64,000 nt of DNA, taken from assembly GCA_047495785.1 (NCBI GenBank), contig JBLDXI010000004.1:1550001-1614000 (forward strand), read 5' to 3'. This document shows positions 12,823 through 24,066 of this stretch, piece by piece. Numbering within the stretch: position 1 is the stretch's first letter; every line of letters starts with the position of its first letter. The position numbers and the translations under genes are program-made. This DNA is from Lepidodermella squamata. Lineage: Eukaryota > Animalia > Gastrotricha. The notes under the pieces are model-generated. The model searched no databases. It saw nothing but the letters and a program-made list of their open reading frames with translations, and was not told the DNA's origin.

Positions 12823-13328
12823 CAGTGGTCCTTTGATATAACGAACCGGTGATATAGCGAACTTTGGCTATAACGAACCAAAATCGGTGGCTCGTACCAA
12901 AATTGGGCATTTTTCATGTAAACAACCTTTGTTATAGCGAACTTTCTATAGCGAACTTTTCCCTATAACGAACGGTTCCAGATGGCTCGTCGCACTGAGC
13001 ACACGTGTTGTTTACCTTACTCATAACGAACCAAAACTTCGCGCGCGCGCTTTCCATCCTGATGACACAGCAACAAAAGAATTTTTCCAAGAATAGATAT
13101 TTATCCCATTCAGTGCTTGTTTAAAATGAGTAAAGAGAAGCAAAAGCTAGAGTTAGAAGAGGACGATGGGTCCTCTGACTATTCTTACGAAGAATCATCA
13201 GCAAAATCTGGGTCATCTAAATTCGAGTCGGATGTCAGTCAAGTTTGAACCTTTGTTGTAGCGAACTTTTCTTATAACGAACTTTTTTGGCTGGCGCGGT
13301 GGTGGTTCGTTATATCAAAGGACCACTG
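12823..13328. mobile_element. Tc1/mariner (pogo/Tigger-like) MITE
   Basis: ~25-bp TIR CAGTGGTCCTTTGATATAACGAACC, TA on both sides, a (TA)n run to the right and internal repeats of TATA(A/G)CGAAC. Confidence 0.9.
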
Positions 13329-13407
13329 TATATATATATATATATATAAGTATGTGAAGTCGAACTATTTGAAGTCTATTAAATGTTCTTTCAATTTCAG
13401 TAAAAAA

Positions 13408-16370
13408 TCAGAGATTGTTTGGGAAAATTTCCTCTACCATGAAGTAGCTCGTTCCTCCCAGTCCAATTCCTGAGAAGAACAATGCGACAAATAATAAATG
13501 TCCGACAATCCGACAAAATCAGACTCACCGCTGTTGTACATCATCCCTGGATAAGAATTCGATTTGACAGCGTATTGAATCGTGAAATTTACTTGGCCCG
13601 AAGCAATTGGCACATTGCATATACCCTCAACTATAATTTGTTGATAGAAGTCGGAAATTTACCCCGAACTATGGAAAAAATGGCATACTGTAACCCGGTC
13701 GACCAATGTGAACCCCAACATCGCTATCCCACATAATCATTGAAGTTTCAATCTGCGTCGGATCAGTGCACTCATTCCCGTTTATGCGAACAAACCTGCG
13801 ACATCTTTATAAACTAATGTAATAATTGGAAAATCTGCTCACCATTTCAGCTGCTCCGCCCAAGACGGGCTGGTCACAAGGGTGCCCATGAACATGCCAG
13901 TATACCATTTCACGTGAATTAAGGATGTATCTTGAAGTTTGGTCCACACAAAGGTCTGGCAAATCAATCAAAACTGACTCCCATATTTACGATGATTATA
14001 TTCACCTTCAGTGGTGTGTTCGCGCATGGTTGATTCGAACAGCCACTGCTGCAGCTGCCACTGTAGCGGCACGAGTCCTTGAAGCTGAAATACTGCCTGT
14101 TGTAGTAGGGCAGATCGGCCATAGTCCCATCCGATAGCAATAAGCCATTTGTCGGTAAAAGCTCGTTGATTTCTTCGACGAAAATTTGAGACGGCTGGCC
14201 GTTGCCAAGATTCACTTCGATGTACGACGCACCGTCAGTGCCGTAAGAAATGCAATTCTGGTCGACCATTATGTTGATATCGTACTTGCCGATGGGAAGA
14301 TTCCTGCACACTCCGTCAACTTGTGAAGGAAAGCAGAATTATAGTGAATTGAAGTCAGGGTTCAATATCAATCATTGATCAATTCAAGAATAATTTCGGC
14401 CATTTCAAAATTCCGTAAAAATACCCACTTTTCAAATGTCAAATATCAAACCCTTCTGATGAAAACCGTTCTAATTATATCTACACTGTGAATCTTACGA
14501 TTGAAAGTTGTAGCGCCAACCGCCATTCGCCAACTCGCGATGGTCGGTGTTTGAGCCTGGTACAGGGTGTGCTCAATCGGAAATGGATCCGTGCATTGGC
14601 GGCCGTTGATGAGGGCGAAAAAGCGGATGCATCGCCTGTAGACATCAAACATTACTTTGGCGTGCCAGTAGATGCGCAGCAACGAAGTAGCACTCCGCTT
14701 CTTATATTTCAGAATTTGCTGAAAAAAGGTTTTAGTAAGCGAGCCGGACAAGTCAGGTTCATCTTACATAAGGCAGTTGCTGTTCTCCTGTTGCATAAGG
14801 CACCGACTCTTGAAATTGATCAGAAACAGTATTGAAAACTGTTGAAGATCGACAAATCGCAGTATCATCTGTTTGAAATAAAAACACGATTTAGCATCAA
14901 TTTTGCTAATTACAAATCATTCGAGCCTGTTTTGAAAAGGTAACTTGCGGGTATGAATTCCTCGAAGTAGATGAAGCTCGGTGTTGAGTAGCCGCCGCTA
15001 AATCCAATCGAGACGTACATGCTCTGAACAGGCTCTCGCCGCAAGGAAACTGCGTATGACCAGTCGCCGTCAGGGACTTCGCTGAAGGTACACAACATCT
15101 CGCCTGTTACCGGTTGAAATAACTGAATATTCGATGTAATAGAGCTCGGACTTACCACCCACGCCAACTCCAGCGTTGGCGCTCATCCCAGGATTTTTCA
15201 TATCGCGACCAATGTGGTGCACGAGCCTAAAATCAGGCTGAAAGTGAAGCGGGCGGTGAGACTGGAAGATGCACCTACCCCTTCTCGCCCATGCACAAAT
15301 TCCCGTTCAGAGCAACGACAGCGTAGGAGTTTTGTTTGTCGCAACACCTCTGCCCCGATATAAACCTTTACAAAAAACAAGGCTTAATTGATATGGTTCG
15401 CGATCTCTAGCACTTACCATGTGAAGCTCATCGACACTCGAACGTGCGTGAAATCGTACAGCTTTTTCCAGGTTCCTTGCTGGTAAAACATAAATTTACG
15501 CAGTCAGATTCTTTGGCCAAAATTATGCTCTTATATGCTCAACATTTCGCGAAATTCAGCTGTTAGCTTTCAGTTGGGAATTTTCCAACCAGTTATTAGC
15601 TAGTTGCTTTCATTTTGAAATGGAAAATTATGCAAATTGGGCAACGCGATTCTCAATACTAGATCTCGATTGCCATGCGTGTTATTAGTGATGAAAGAAC
15701 GCCGATCTCACCTTGAAGTTCGGTAAGGCTGAATTACCGCTGATATCTTGCGAGAACTGTGTGAAATGAACCCTGCGCGGATATTCTACGCAGCCATTTT
15801 CTTCGCCTGTAAATAGAATGCACATGTTGTATGATTTGAAAAATCTTCTTATTTCCCCGTACCAGCACAATAAGATTTTGACCCAACACAGTCCTGAATG
15901 CAAACCGGAGTGATCGCATTCGGGTCATCTGTCGTTGGGATAGGGCAGAAGTTATCGCAATCCTGCACACCATTACTACGATCTGTTACTCCTTCGTCAA
16001 AATTCATCGCAGAGATGAGAACGCCCCGCATAAGAGCCGATTGCCGGTTATTCGACTGCTCAGACCTGTCGAAATCTCGTGCTTGCACCTTGGTAGCTCG
16101 CATCAGTATGCAGGTGCGGTTGTACGGCTCGAAGAAGGCCGTTCGACACGGCGGGTCGGCCGAGGACAGGCATCGCGTGGCACAGCTCGATTGTTCCTTA
16201 GTCGTGAGTTGAGGCTGGATAATGTAACGCCCGAGAGCTACGTCCATCATGTCGAGGGTGATGAAAGATTCCGAGGTCTGTATCATGCGCGTGCATTGGC
16301 CCCGGAATATCATCTCGCCCACGGCAGGGCTTGCCAGTATTACGACAAAAAAAACTGGGTGACAAATCAT
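13408..16370 (-). CDS. Secreted PAN/apple + 3x CTHRC1-C-terminal-like protein, copy B (multi-exon)
   Basis: ATG at 16370, signal peptide and PAN domain nearly identical to copy A; exons colinear with copy C; stop at 13408-13410. Confidence 0.8.
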
Positions 16371-16819
16371 ATTCGTTCAGTCTATCAGTTCTATAAAACA
16401 ATTGTCTCGCACTTCTAGCATGATTTTTCTTCCGCTGTTTTTCGCCCAGTTTTCTCCTTTTTAATATTAAATATGTTTAATATGCTGTTCACAGCGACAA
16501 AAAAACTAGGTGAAAAATTGTATTGTGTCGCGTCAATAGCAGCACAGTTTCTTTATTTTGCACGTAACCAGAAAAAGTAGGGCTTACCTGTGCGCGCCAG
16601 ACAAATCACAAACCGGCGCTTTCGACTAGAACTCTATCAATTATTGAGATCATTTAGCGTTGCGCTTTCAAAATGCATCTCCTTTGTGTGCTTTCAATTA
16701 ATACTCTAGTACTGCTCTACGGTCTAGAATTCTCTCTTTGCCGTAACTAAGTTGTTTAAAAATGATTAAGCGCAGACTGTCGGCAGCACATTATTCTGCG
16801 CGCCAAGATATTTTGGCTA

Positions 16820-16992
16820 CACGAGCAATTTTGGCTCATTCGAACAACTACGAACAATTCGATTTGACCCCTTTGTTCGCCTATTTTAGGATTTGTTCAA
16901 AGTTGTTCGGCCGGAAAATGCTCAAAAACAGGCGAACAAAGGGGTCAAATCGAATTGTTCGTAGTTGTTCGAATGAGCCAAAATTGCTCGTG
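16820..16992. mobile_element. Short palindromic (foldback) MITE with CAC...GTG ends
   Basis: ~60-bp inverted repeats (CACGAGCAATTTTGGCTCATTCGAACAACTACGAACAATTCGATTTGACCCCTTTGTTCGCCT) around a ~45-bp spacer; absent from the matching region upstream of copy A. No TSD seen. Confidence 0.75.
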
Positions 16993-17524
16993 CCGGTCTG
17001 GGCTAGTTCAAATTGTCTCGCATTAATTATTCACAAGGTGTGAACTTGCGTGGAAATCAATGCATCTATGAATACTGCGATTTTCCTGACGGAGAGCGGC
17101 TAGTAAGCTTATTCGGCCATGCTTGCGGGATGCACAGTGGTTCAACCCGCTCTCATCGTGAAGTCATCCCGCACTAACGCGTAGTGCTGGCAGAAGGCAG
17201 AAGGCTACCTATATTTACCTAATTATTTAAATCAATGTTTCCATGTTGATATGCAGTGTTCCCGCGAAATAATACGCAGCTATTTTTAGCTTAGCACTTG
17301 TGTTTTGCACTCTGTATGCTTTTTTCACTTCCGGCTAGGTTATATTGTTTATTTCATACAACCTCGAATCTGATGGCATTTCGTTAGAATGGCAAAACGG
17401 CCAGTCGGCATTTCGTTCGAGCACGTAAATGGCCAACAAGGAACGCCTCCAAATCGGCTGGCGGACGTATAAAGGTCACAAGCTAGAATTGTGGCATTAC
17501 TAGCATTACTAGAACTGGTTAGGA

Positions 17525-17693
17525 TAAGGAAAATCCTGATAGTCATGCTAGAATTGACCATAGGAGTAGGCGAGAGTAGTTGCTTGAGAGTAGGCGATTT
17601 CAACCAGAAGGCAAATCTCGACTCGCACCTCGCAACATCATCAGGTCGGCCGCTTCTGTTCTGTTTGCATTAACTGCTCGGTCGAGAGGTGTT
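17525..17693 (-). pseudogene. Relic of the 3' end and 3' UTR of a protease-ankyrin gene
   Basis: The reverse complement aligns with ~11969-12145 (ACACCTCTCGACC..GCAAACA.AACAGAAGCGGCCGACCTG.TGATGTTGCG.GGTGCGAGTCGAG..GTTGAAATCGCCTAC..CCTATGGTCAATTCTAG). Confidence 0.85.
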
Positions 17694-18162
17694 ATGGATA
17701 GTTTGCGAATGACGAAGAAAAGAAAAATGTCACGGTGAAACAGCTCCGAAATCGCCCTCGATACGTACAATCCCCTATTTGTTGTGTTTATTTGCTAATA
17801 ACTGGAGAGAACTGTATTTTTCTCGTTGTTTTTTATTTGTACGACTTTATTGAAATCGAACAAGCACCGGAACAAAGCTGATTTGTTAGCTGCTGGCTCC
17901 AGAAACGTCCAAACTTTTCGCCCTCTTCGAAGCTTTCGACGCGGTTTATTAAATCGAGCCAGTAATTTTATGTCCGTCCTCGGTAGATTGCCAGGGAGTG
18001 AATATTACGGTTAAAGCACAACGCGCTTTCTAATATCCGGCTTGCCGCGTAAAGCCTGGAAGCACCTGCTGATTCGCAATGCCTTCATATAAGTGTCTCG
18101 ACCGAATGATCAAGTCGCCAGCTAGGCAAAGCTGCGAAACATAATGGAAAACTACCATTAGT

Positions 18163-18514
18163 GCATAGTGGTGAAAACGCACCCTCCCGGTCAGAGGATC
18201 CGCGATCGATCCCTATCACCGCCACATGATTTTTCAGTGGTTCCATTAGTATATATTCGCTGAAGCTTTTCTAATGTTCTACATTTTCGCTTTACCATCA
18301 ACCTATTCTCAGCTTTACTAATCTTCTCGGATTCTTCCGACAGTATTACCATCAACGCTTCTCAGAGCAAGGAACCCAGAAAATCATCGTGGCGCGGTGG
18401 CATAGTGGTGAAAACGCACCCTCCCGGTCAGAGGATCCGCGATCGATCCCTATCACCGCCACATTATTTTTCAGTGGTTCCATTAGTATATATTCGCTGA
18501 AGCTTTTCTAATGT
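18163..18514 (+). repeat. Direct duplication (~115 bp x2) of a tRNA-derived SINE-like sequence
   Basis: 18163-18277 and 18400-18514 are near-identical. The second copy (18389-18462) has GTGGCG...CGCCAC acceptor-like ends, an A-box TGGCATAGTGG and a degenerate B-box GATCGATCC. Confidence 0.7.
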
Positions 18515-18523
18515 AATTAGAGA

Positions 18524-21500
18524 ATGTTAGCTTTCATGCTCTTGTTCATCCACTTGAGGACTAGTTCGGCTACAAACTGGCCGCAGCAAGCCACTAACTT
18601 AGAAGACGCCCTCAGCTTGCTGCCCACACAGGCAGATTTCTACTTTTGGCCGCTGACTGGGGGTGAGACGGGCTTTTTCTCGAAATTCCGCAACGAAAAG
18701 AAATCAGCGACGAGCAGCAATTCGGCCGATGTGGCGCAAGGGCCTTACGCCATGGGGGCAGTAACACTGTCTTCGCCTAGTAACGCTGCAATTCTATCTT
18801 ACGATCTGCCTTTTGAAGTACTCGACTTTACACTGACGTTCTACGTGAAAACGGATTGCAGCAAAGAAACGGGTCTCGTGTTCATGAAGAAACTCCTCTC
18901 AATTTACTGTATCCCTTCTACGAAATCTCTGGCAGCAGTCACCTGGGCTAGCTCCTCTGCAGCAGGCATCACTCAAAGCAAGACTATGGCCCTCAATCAA
19001 AATTCGAAAAATTGGCTTTTCGTCGCACTGACCTACGACTCGAATCAACAGAAGCTCGATTGGTTCAATGTACCCTGGGATTACACAGTCTTCGGGCGGC
19101 AAACAATATCCTCCGTTGTTATGGCGCCATCCTCCAAGTCGATTTCAATCGGAGAAGCTCAGAAGGCTGATGGCACGCCGTATTACTCAACGGCTGGAAG
19201 CGACCAATTCGCGTGCATGGCTTTATACAACAAGCCGTTGGATGATAGCAACATTCTGAAAATCATGTACGCCTGCGGTATGCCTATTGCGCCATCCAGC
19301 AAGTTGCCTGAAACATTCCGGCTGATGCCTCAAATCGACAGTTTAGCCATCCATATGCCGTTGCGAAATTTTGGGGACAATGTTTTCCAGAAATACGGCT
19401 CTGACTCCTATCGACAGGCCACGAGCTCAGCTACTACGGTTTCGCATGATTTATTCGGACCAAATGGCTTCGGATCGATCTCAGTACAGAAGGAAGGCGA
19501 TCGAAGCTACAAAGTTGAAAACTTGCGAGCTAACGGGCCAATCACTCTCGCATTCTATTACAAAGGACCCTGCGAGCTAAACAGCGCAATTTTCGCCCTG
19601 GGTGATGCTGGTTCCGTATACTGCTCGCCCGGTTCTGGTCTTATTTACCAAGGCCCAGCAACTTCAAACGATGAAACCTCGATTGCTGTGCCGTACCTGC
19701 GCCCGAATGACTGGGCCTTCTTCGCATTTGTTTTCGGCACGAATCAGCTCGAGACCTACTACCAGCTGCCTGAAGATGATGCCATGCGGGTTGGCCCTAC
19801 GACTGGCAAAGGATTTACGACGTCGACCGGCGGCTACGTGTCCCTCGAAGCTTTCGGCTCGAAGGTTCATCCAAGCCGTACAACGGATAGTTTAGGCTGC
19901 ACAACGCTCCATGCAACAGCTTTGTCTCAAGTTGACCTTCGAATGTTGACGTACACGTGCGGGAAGAGACCAGCAAGGTCGGAATTCTTACCGGATTCTT
20001 TCGACGAGTTGCCTCAGCTTGGAAAACTCGTCTACCACATGCCATTTGTTCCTAAATCGCCTTATTCGATTTTTGACAAATTTGGATCAACCTTATGGTA
20101 TGGCGAGGCTGAGAAGCGAAATTCGACTACTTCACCGAATGGTCCATTTCAAAATGGAGTTCTCACAGCAAACGGCATCGGTCCGAAGATTTCGGGGGTC
20201 AAAAACCAGGATTCGTTCACCTTCGCGTTCCTGTACAAAGGTGTATGTTCGGAAACTGTCGGCTTTATCTACAGCCTTCGATTTCGGATCACCTGTAAAA
20301 ATGAAAATCTGATTCTGGATGCTGGGCAGAAATCCTCGGATCCAATGGACTTTGACATCGCTCACTGGAACTTGTATGCGTTCACATATTCTAGCAATCC
20401 AGCGAATAATGAATACATTGTGAGAGGTTATAAATGGTCAACCTCTTCATCGCAGCCGAGTAAAGAATTCGAAACAAAAGACGTGAAGATAGACGCGCCA
20501 ATTTTCCCAATTTATGACGATCATAAAATCGGGGATGATGTAACAAATGGCATAGCAGTGCTGAATCCCGAGTCAAAGCGATTTCCTGCATCAGCTATTA
20601 CTCCGCCGCTTTGAGTCTTGATGACATGTCCAAATTCTTCAAGGCCTGCGGGAAAAAAGAGGCAAGAGCAAATAATCTATCTAATCTTTTCGATTATTTG
20701 CCTAAAAGACGCAGTCTTGTTTTCTATGCTCCATTCACTACGCAAAGTGGGCTGTCAGTCTTTGATAAGTGGGGACAGGTTATCACTCCAAAAGAACCCG
20801 GAACAGTCAAAATCGTCCCCAGAGGCCCATTTAGTCTCGGATCGCTTGCAGGGGCGAAAAATCAATCTGGCCCTTCCCTTTCGATCATTCTACCAGCATC
20901 ATTCACAGTTTCCTTCTTCTTCAAATCGAGCGGCACTGGAAAACAGGGCATCATTTTGCCTGGGAAGTTGTCGATTTACTACGAATCAGGCCAGGGCATT
21001 ATTGTAAAATCGAGAGGCGATGACAAGTTGTTTTCCGTTGAAAGAGCTAAGCTATCGTATGAGCCCAATTCGTGGCAATTCCACGCCTATACCTACGACT
21101 GGCCAACACGGACCCTGCGAGGTTTCCATATGAAGGAAAGTGAAGACAAAGTCACAAATGATTTCACAGCCGTGAATTTGACGCTCGAAGCCTCGAATAT
21201 ATTCGGCTATTATGATGTTTGCATTGGCCTAGCTAGAACCCACAACCAAGAGATCAGCTACATGGATCCAGACCAGGAATTATCGTGCGTTGCTTACTAT
21301 TCTACAGCTTTGGCTGATGTTGAAGTCGCGAAACTTCCTTACGCTTGCGGCAAGCCGTACTCAAAACCATCTTATCTAACATCCAAATTCGAATCAATGC
21401 CGAAAAATCAGTCTTTGATTGTGTATTTGCCATTGACCCAGCTTTCGCAGGCGAGTGCGATCGATAAGTTTGGCACCGATCTATGGGATGTTACGCCTGG

Positions 21501-23421
21501 GTTGCCAATTGCGAAAACGGGCGGACCCTACGGCAGTGGCTCTTATTCTGCTGATGAACAGCTTCTGGTCGTCAACAGTTTGCCGATTTTCGATAAATAC
21601 ACCATCGCGTTCTACTACAAGGGCTCTTGTTCCGGACCATCTGGCCTGCTCTCCACGGAGCGCTTCACTGTAAAATGTGAGAACTTTGCCCTTACTTTTG
21701 CTGGTTGGGCAACGGATGGGTATAAAAAGTTATCATTGCCAGTTGCCTATGACCAGCCTCAATCTTGGCGGTTCTTTGCCTTTACACAGGAGAATGCAAC
21801 TTTGCGAGGCTACCGCGGAACTACTGAGTCTAAAAGTTTGGCATTGGCCAATCCACTTGCGGGTTTTCAAACAGATTCCAGGGCTAATCTAGGCTATTTC
21901 AACCTTGAGTTAGGAAACTCCTATTCTGGCTCGGATGTAGTTCCTCTAGCTAGCGGAGATGAATTGGCCTGTGTCAGCCTTCATTCGACTCTTCTCTCAT
22001 TGAATGAATTAGCTATTCTTGCTGATATCTGCAACGATACGCTACAAACTACTTCGACTTCAACAACTTCAACAACCAGTACAACTACTACGACAAGTAC
22101 CACTACAACGACTCTGAGCCTAGTATCTTCCACCACAAATGTTGGTATCACCTCACCAACCAGTGCCAGAAGCACTTCATCTCGAATGCAAGGAATATCA
22201 ACTTCGATCCCGAGCCTGGATCCCGAGCCAAGAAAGCGCACGGATTCGAACGGCGAGTTCAAAATCGGCACGACGATTTCAGCCCAGAGTACTTTACCCC
22301 GCTTAGATCTCAATGGCATCTCACCGCCGGACAAGCCATTCGACACGATTGAAAACGTCCTGAAACGATGCGACCATTTTGAAGCTACGCGATACGCCCC
22401 TCCAAAAATCAAAGGCAATGAACCTATCTACGTGAACATAACTTTCTATGTCCCGGGTTTGAATGAACTATCAAGTGAAGATGACACGATAGCGGTCAGT
22501 GGGATCGTCCTACTTTCGTGGACTGTTTCGACGTGCCCCAAGAACTCAACCGACCCAGTCGCAACCCGACCGAAAGAGCAGATCTATGTTGGAAACCCGA
22601 ATGAACTCTGGCTGCCTCAGCTTCGGTTCATCAACAGTGCCCAGTCGAATATCTACATGAAGAACGTAGGTGTTGGCGATGATTTTCTAATCACAACTGA
22701 CGGAGTTGGTTCTAATGCTAGCCCGAATAAGACCTACAACTTCTACTGGACCCGCGAAGGGTTATTCAAGGCTGATTGCACGCTGGGGATGAAGGAGTTC
22801 CCTTTCGATAAACAATCCTGCGAATTCGTCTTCGGCCTACAACGATCGAATCTTCAGGTTTCTTTCGTGGACCCGCCAACATTTCTTTGGGACATTGATG
22901 CTGCTGATAACTCTGAGTGGTTGGTGACAGATTTTCGAGGATATTTATCGTGGGCATTTTTCAATGGCTACAACGTATCGACTGTTATCTATGAAGTGAC
23001 GTTCAAGCGATTCCCAACCTACTACATTAGTAATTATTATCTGCCAAATGCGATTTTGGCTAGTTTGGACCTCGCAGCTTTCCTCATGGCCCCAGCTATG
23101 CCTGAGCGGTCTGCCTTCACCGTTACGATCCTGCTAGCGATGGCTGTTACCCAGACTGAAATCATAAACCAGGCTCCGAATGCGGATAGCACCCTTCTGA
23201 GTACCTTTATTCAAGGAATGGCGATGTTTTCAGCTGGGGTGACAGTTTACCACTTGTTCTCGCTATGGCTCGCCTGTTCGTATTTCGCGGAGGGCAAGCG
23301 TGACATGAAAACGCTTTTCCATGGACGAATGAGCTTGGTTCGGCTAATTGATATACCAGCTTTTATTTTTGCTCTGGCTTATTTTTCTTATGCGAATTAC
23401 GCTTTTCTTAAAAACTGTTAG
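18524..23421 (+). CDS. LamG-like x5 - Thr stalk - Cys-loop ligand-gated ion channel, copy 1 (single 1-nt frameshift at ~20581; pseudogene or sequence error)
   Basis: ORFs 18524-20614 and 20611-23421 join if one A is restored (CGATTTCCTGC vs paralog CGAATCTCTTGC). Signal peptide, Cys-loop CTLGMKEFPFDKQSC and four TM helices. Confidence 0.85.
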
Positions 23422-24066
23422 TTACAGGTACACAGCTTGAATATCGCGTAGTCTAACACTTCTTTCAATTCATGCTTATCATACTTTATTCAACGAAAAA
23501 TCTAATATTCTTTTAAATGACTGAATTTTTGTTGTAATGAGTCTATTCTCTGACCTCTGACGTATTTTTGATACTTCAAACTTGAAAATATCGGATTTCA
23601 AAAATAAACTATTTACTATGAAAATGTTGTAATCTTTGACGCATTTCCTTAAGTTCGCAGCAACGATTTTCGATCGGTATTGACCCCGGCTTCATCGAAT
23701 GGCTAAGAAGTAGGAGCAGTTGGGCTGCTTCACTCGCCCTGTGTTTCGTTGTTATCTACTTTTAGTAAGGCACGAAATAAACAAAGTTTGAATGTTCAGG
23801 ATTGTAGTTCGGTTTAATAGCTTCGATCATACGAAATGTGAAACCCGGCAAAATCAATAATGTATTAGAAAAACACATGCGACTCGTCCGTTGATCTGTT
23901 ATCGATGATTCAATGAAGACGTTCTAGTCAAAGCGTTTCCTATACAGCATGCTACCTTCAACCGGTAAAAAACCTAGGCTTGAAGTTCCACGGAACGGAG
24001 TAGAAACATCATCACTAGAGTTAATTAAGTTCTTTTTAAGAATGAACAGTCAATTTCTGTTAAAAA

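Noticed and set aside
12823-13328. CRISPR-like array from recurring TATA(A/G)CGAAC motifs (also TCCGAC motifs at 33668-34481)
   Set aside because: The motifs are short, irregularly spaced and lie inside TIR/TSD-bounded MITEs; no cas genes are present.
18389-18462. Functional tRNA gene
   Set aside because: The T-loop is GATCGAT rather than GTTCGA, the arms pair poorly and it is duplicated with flanking sequence; better explained as SINE-like.
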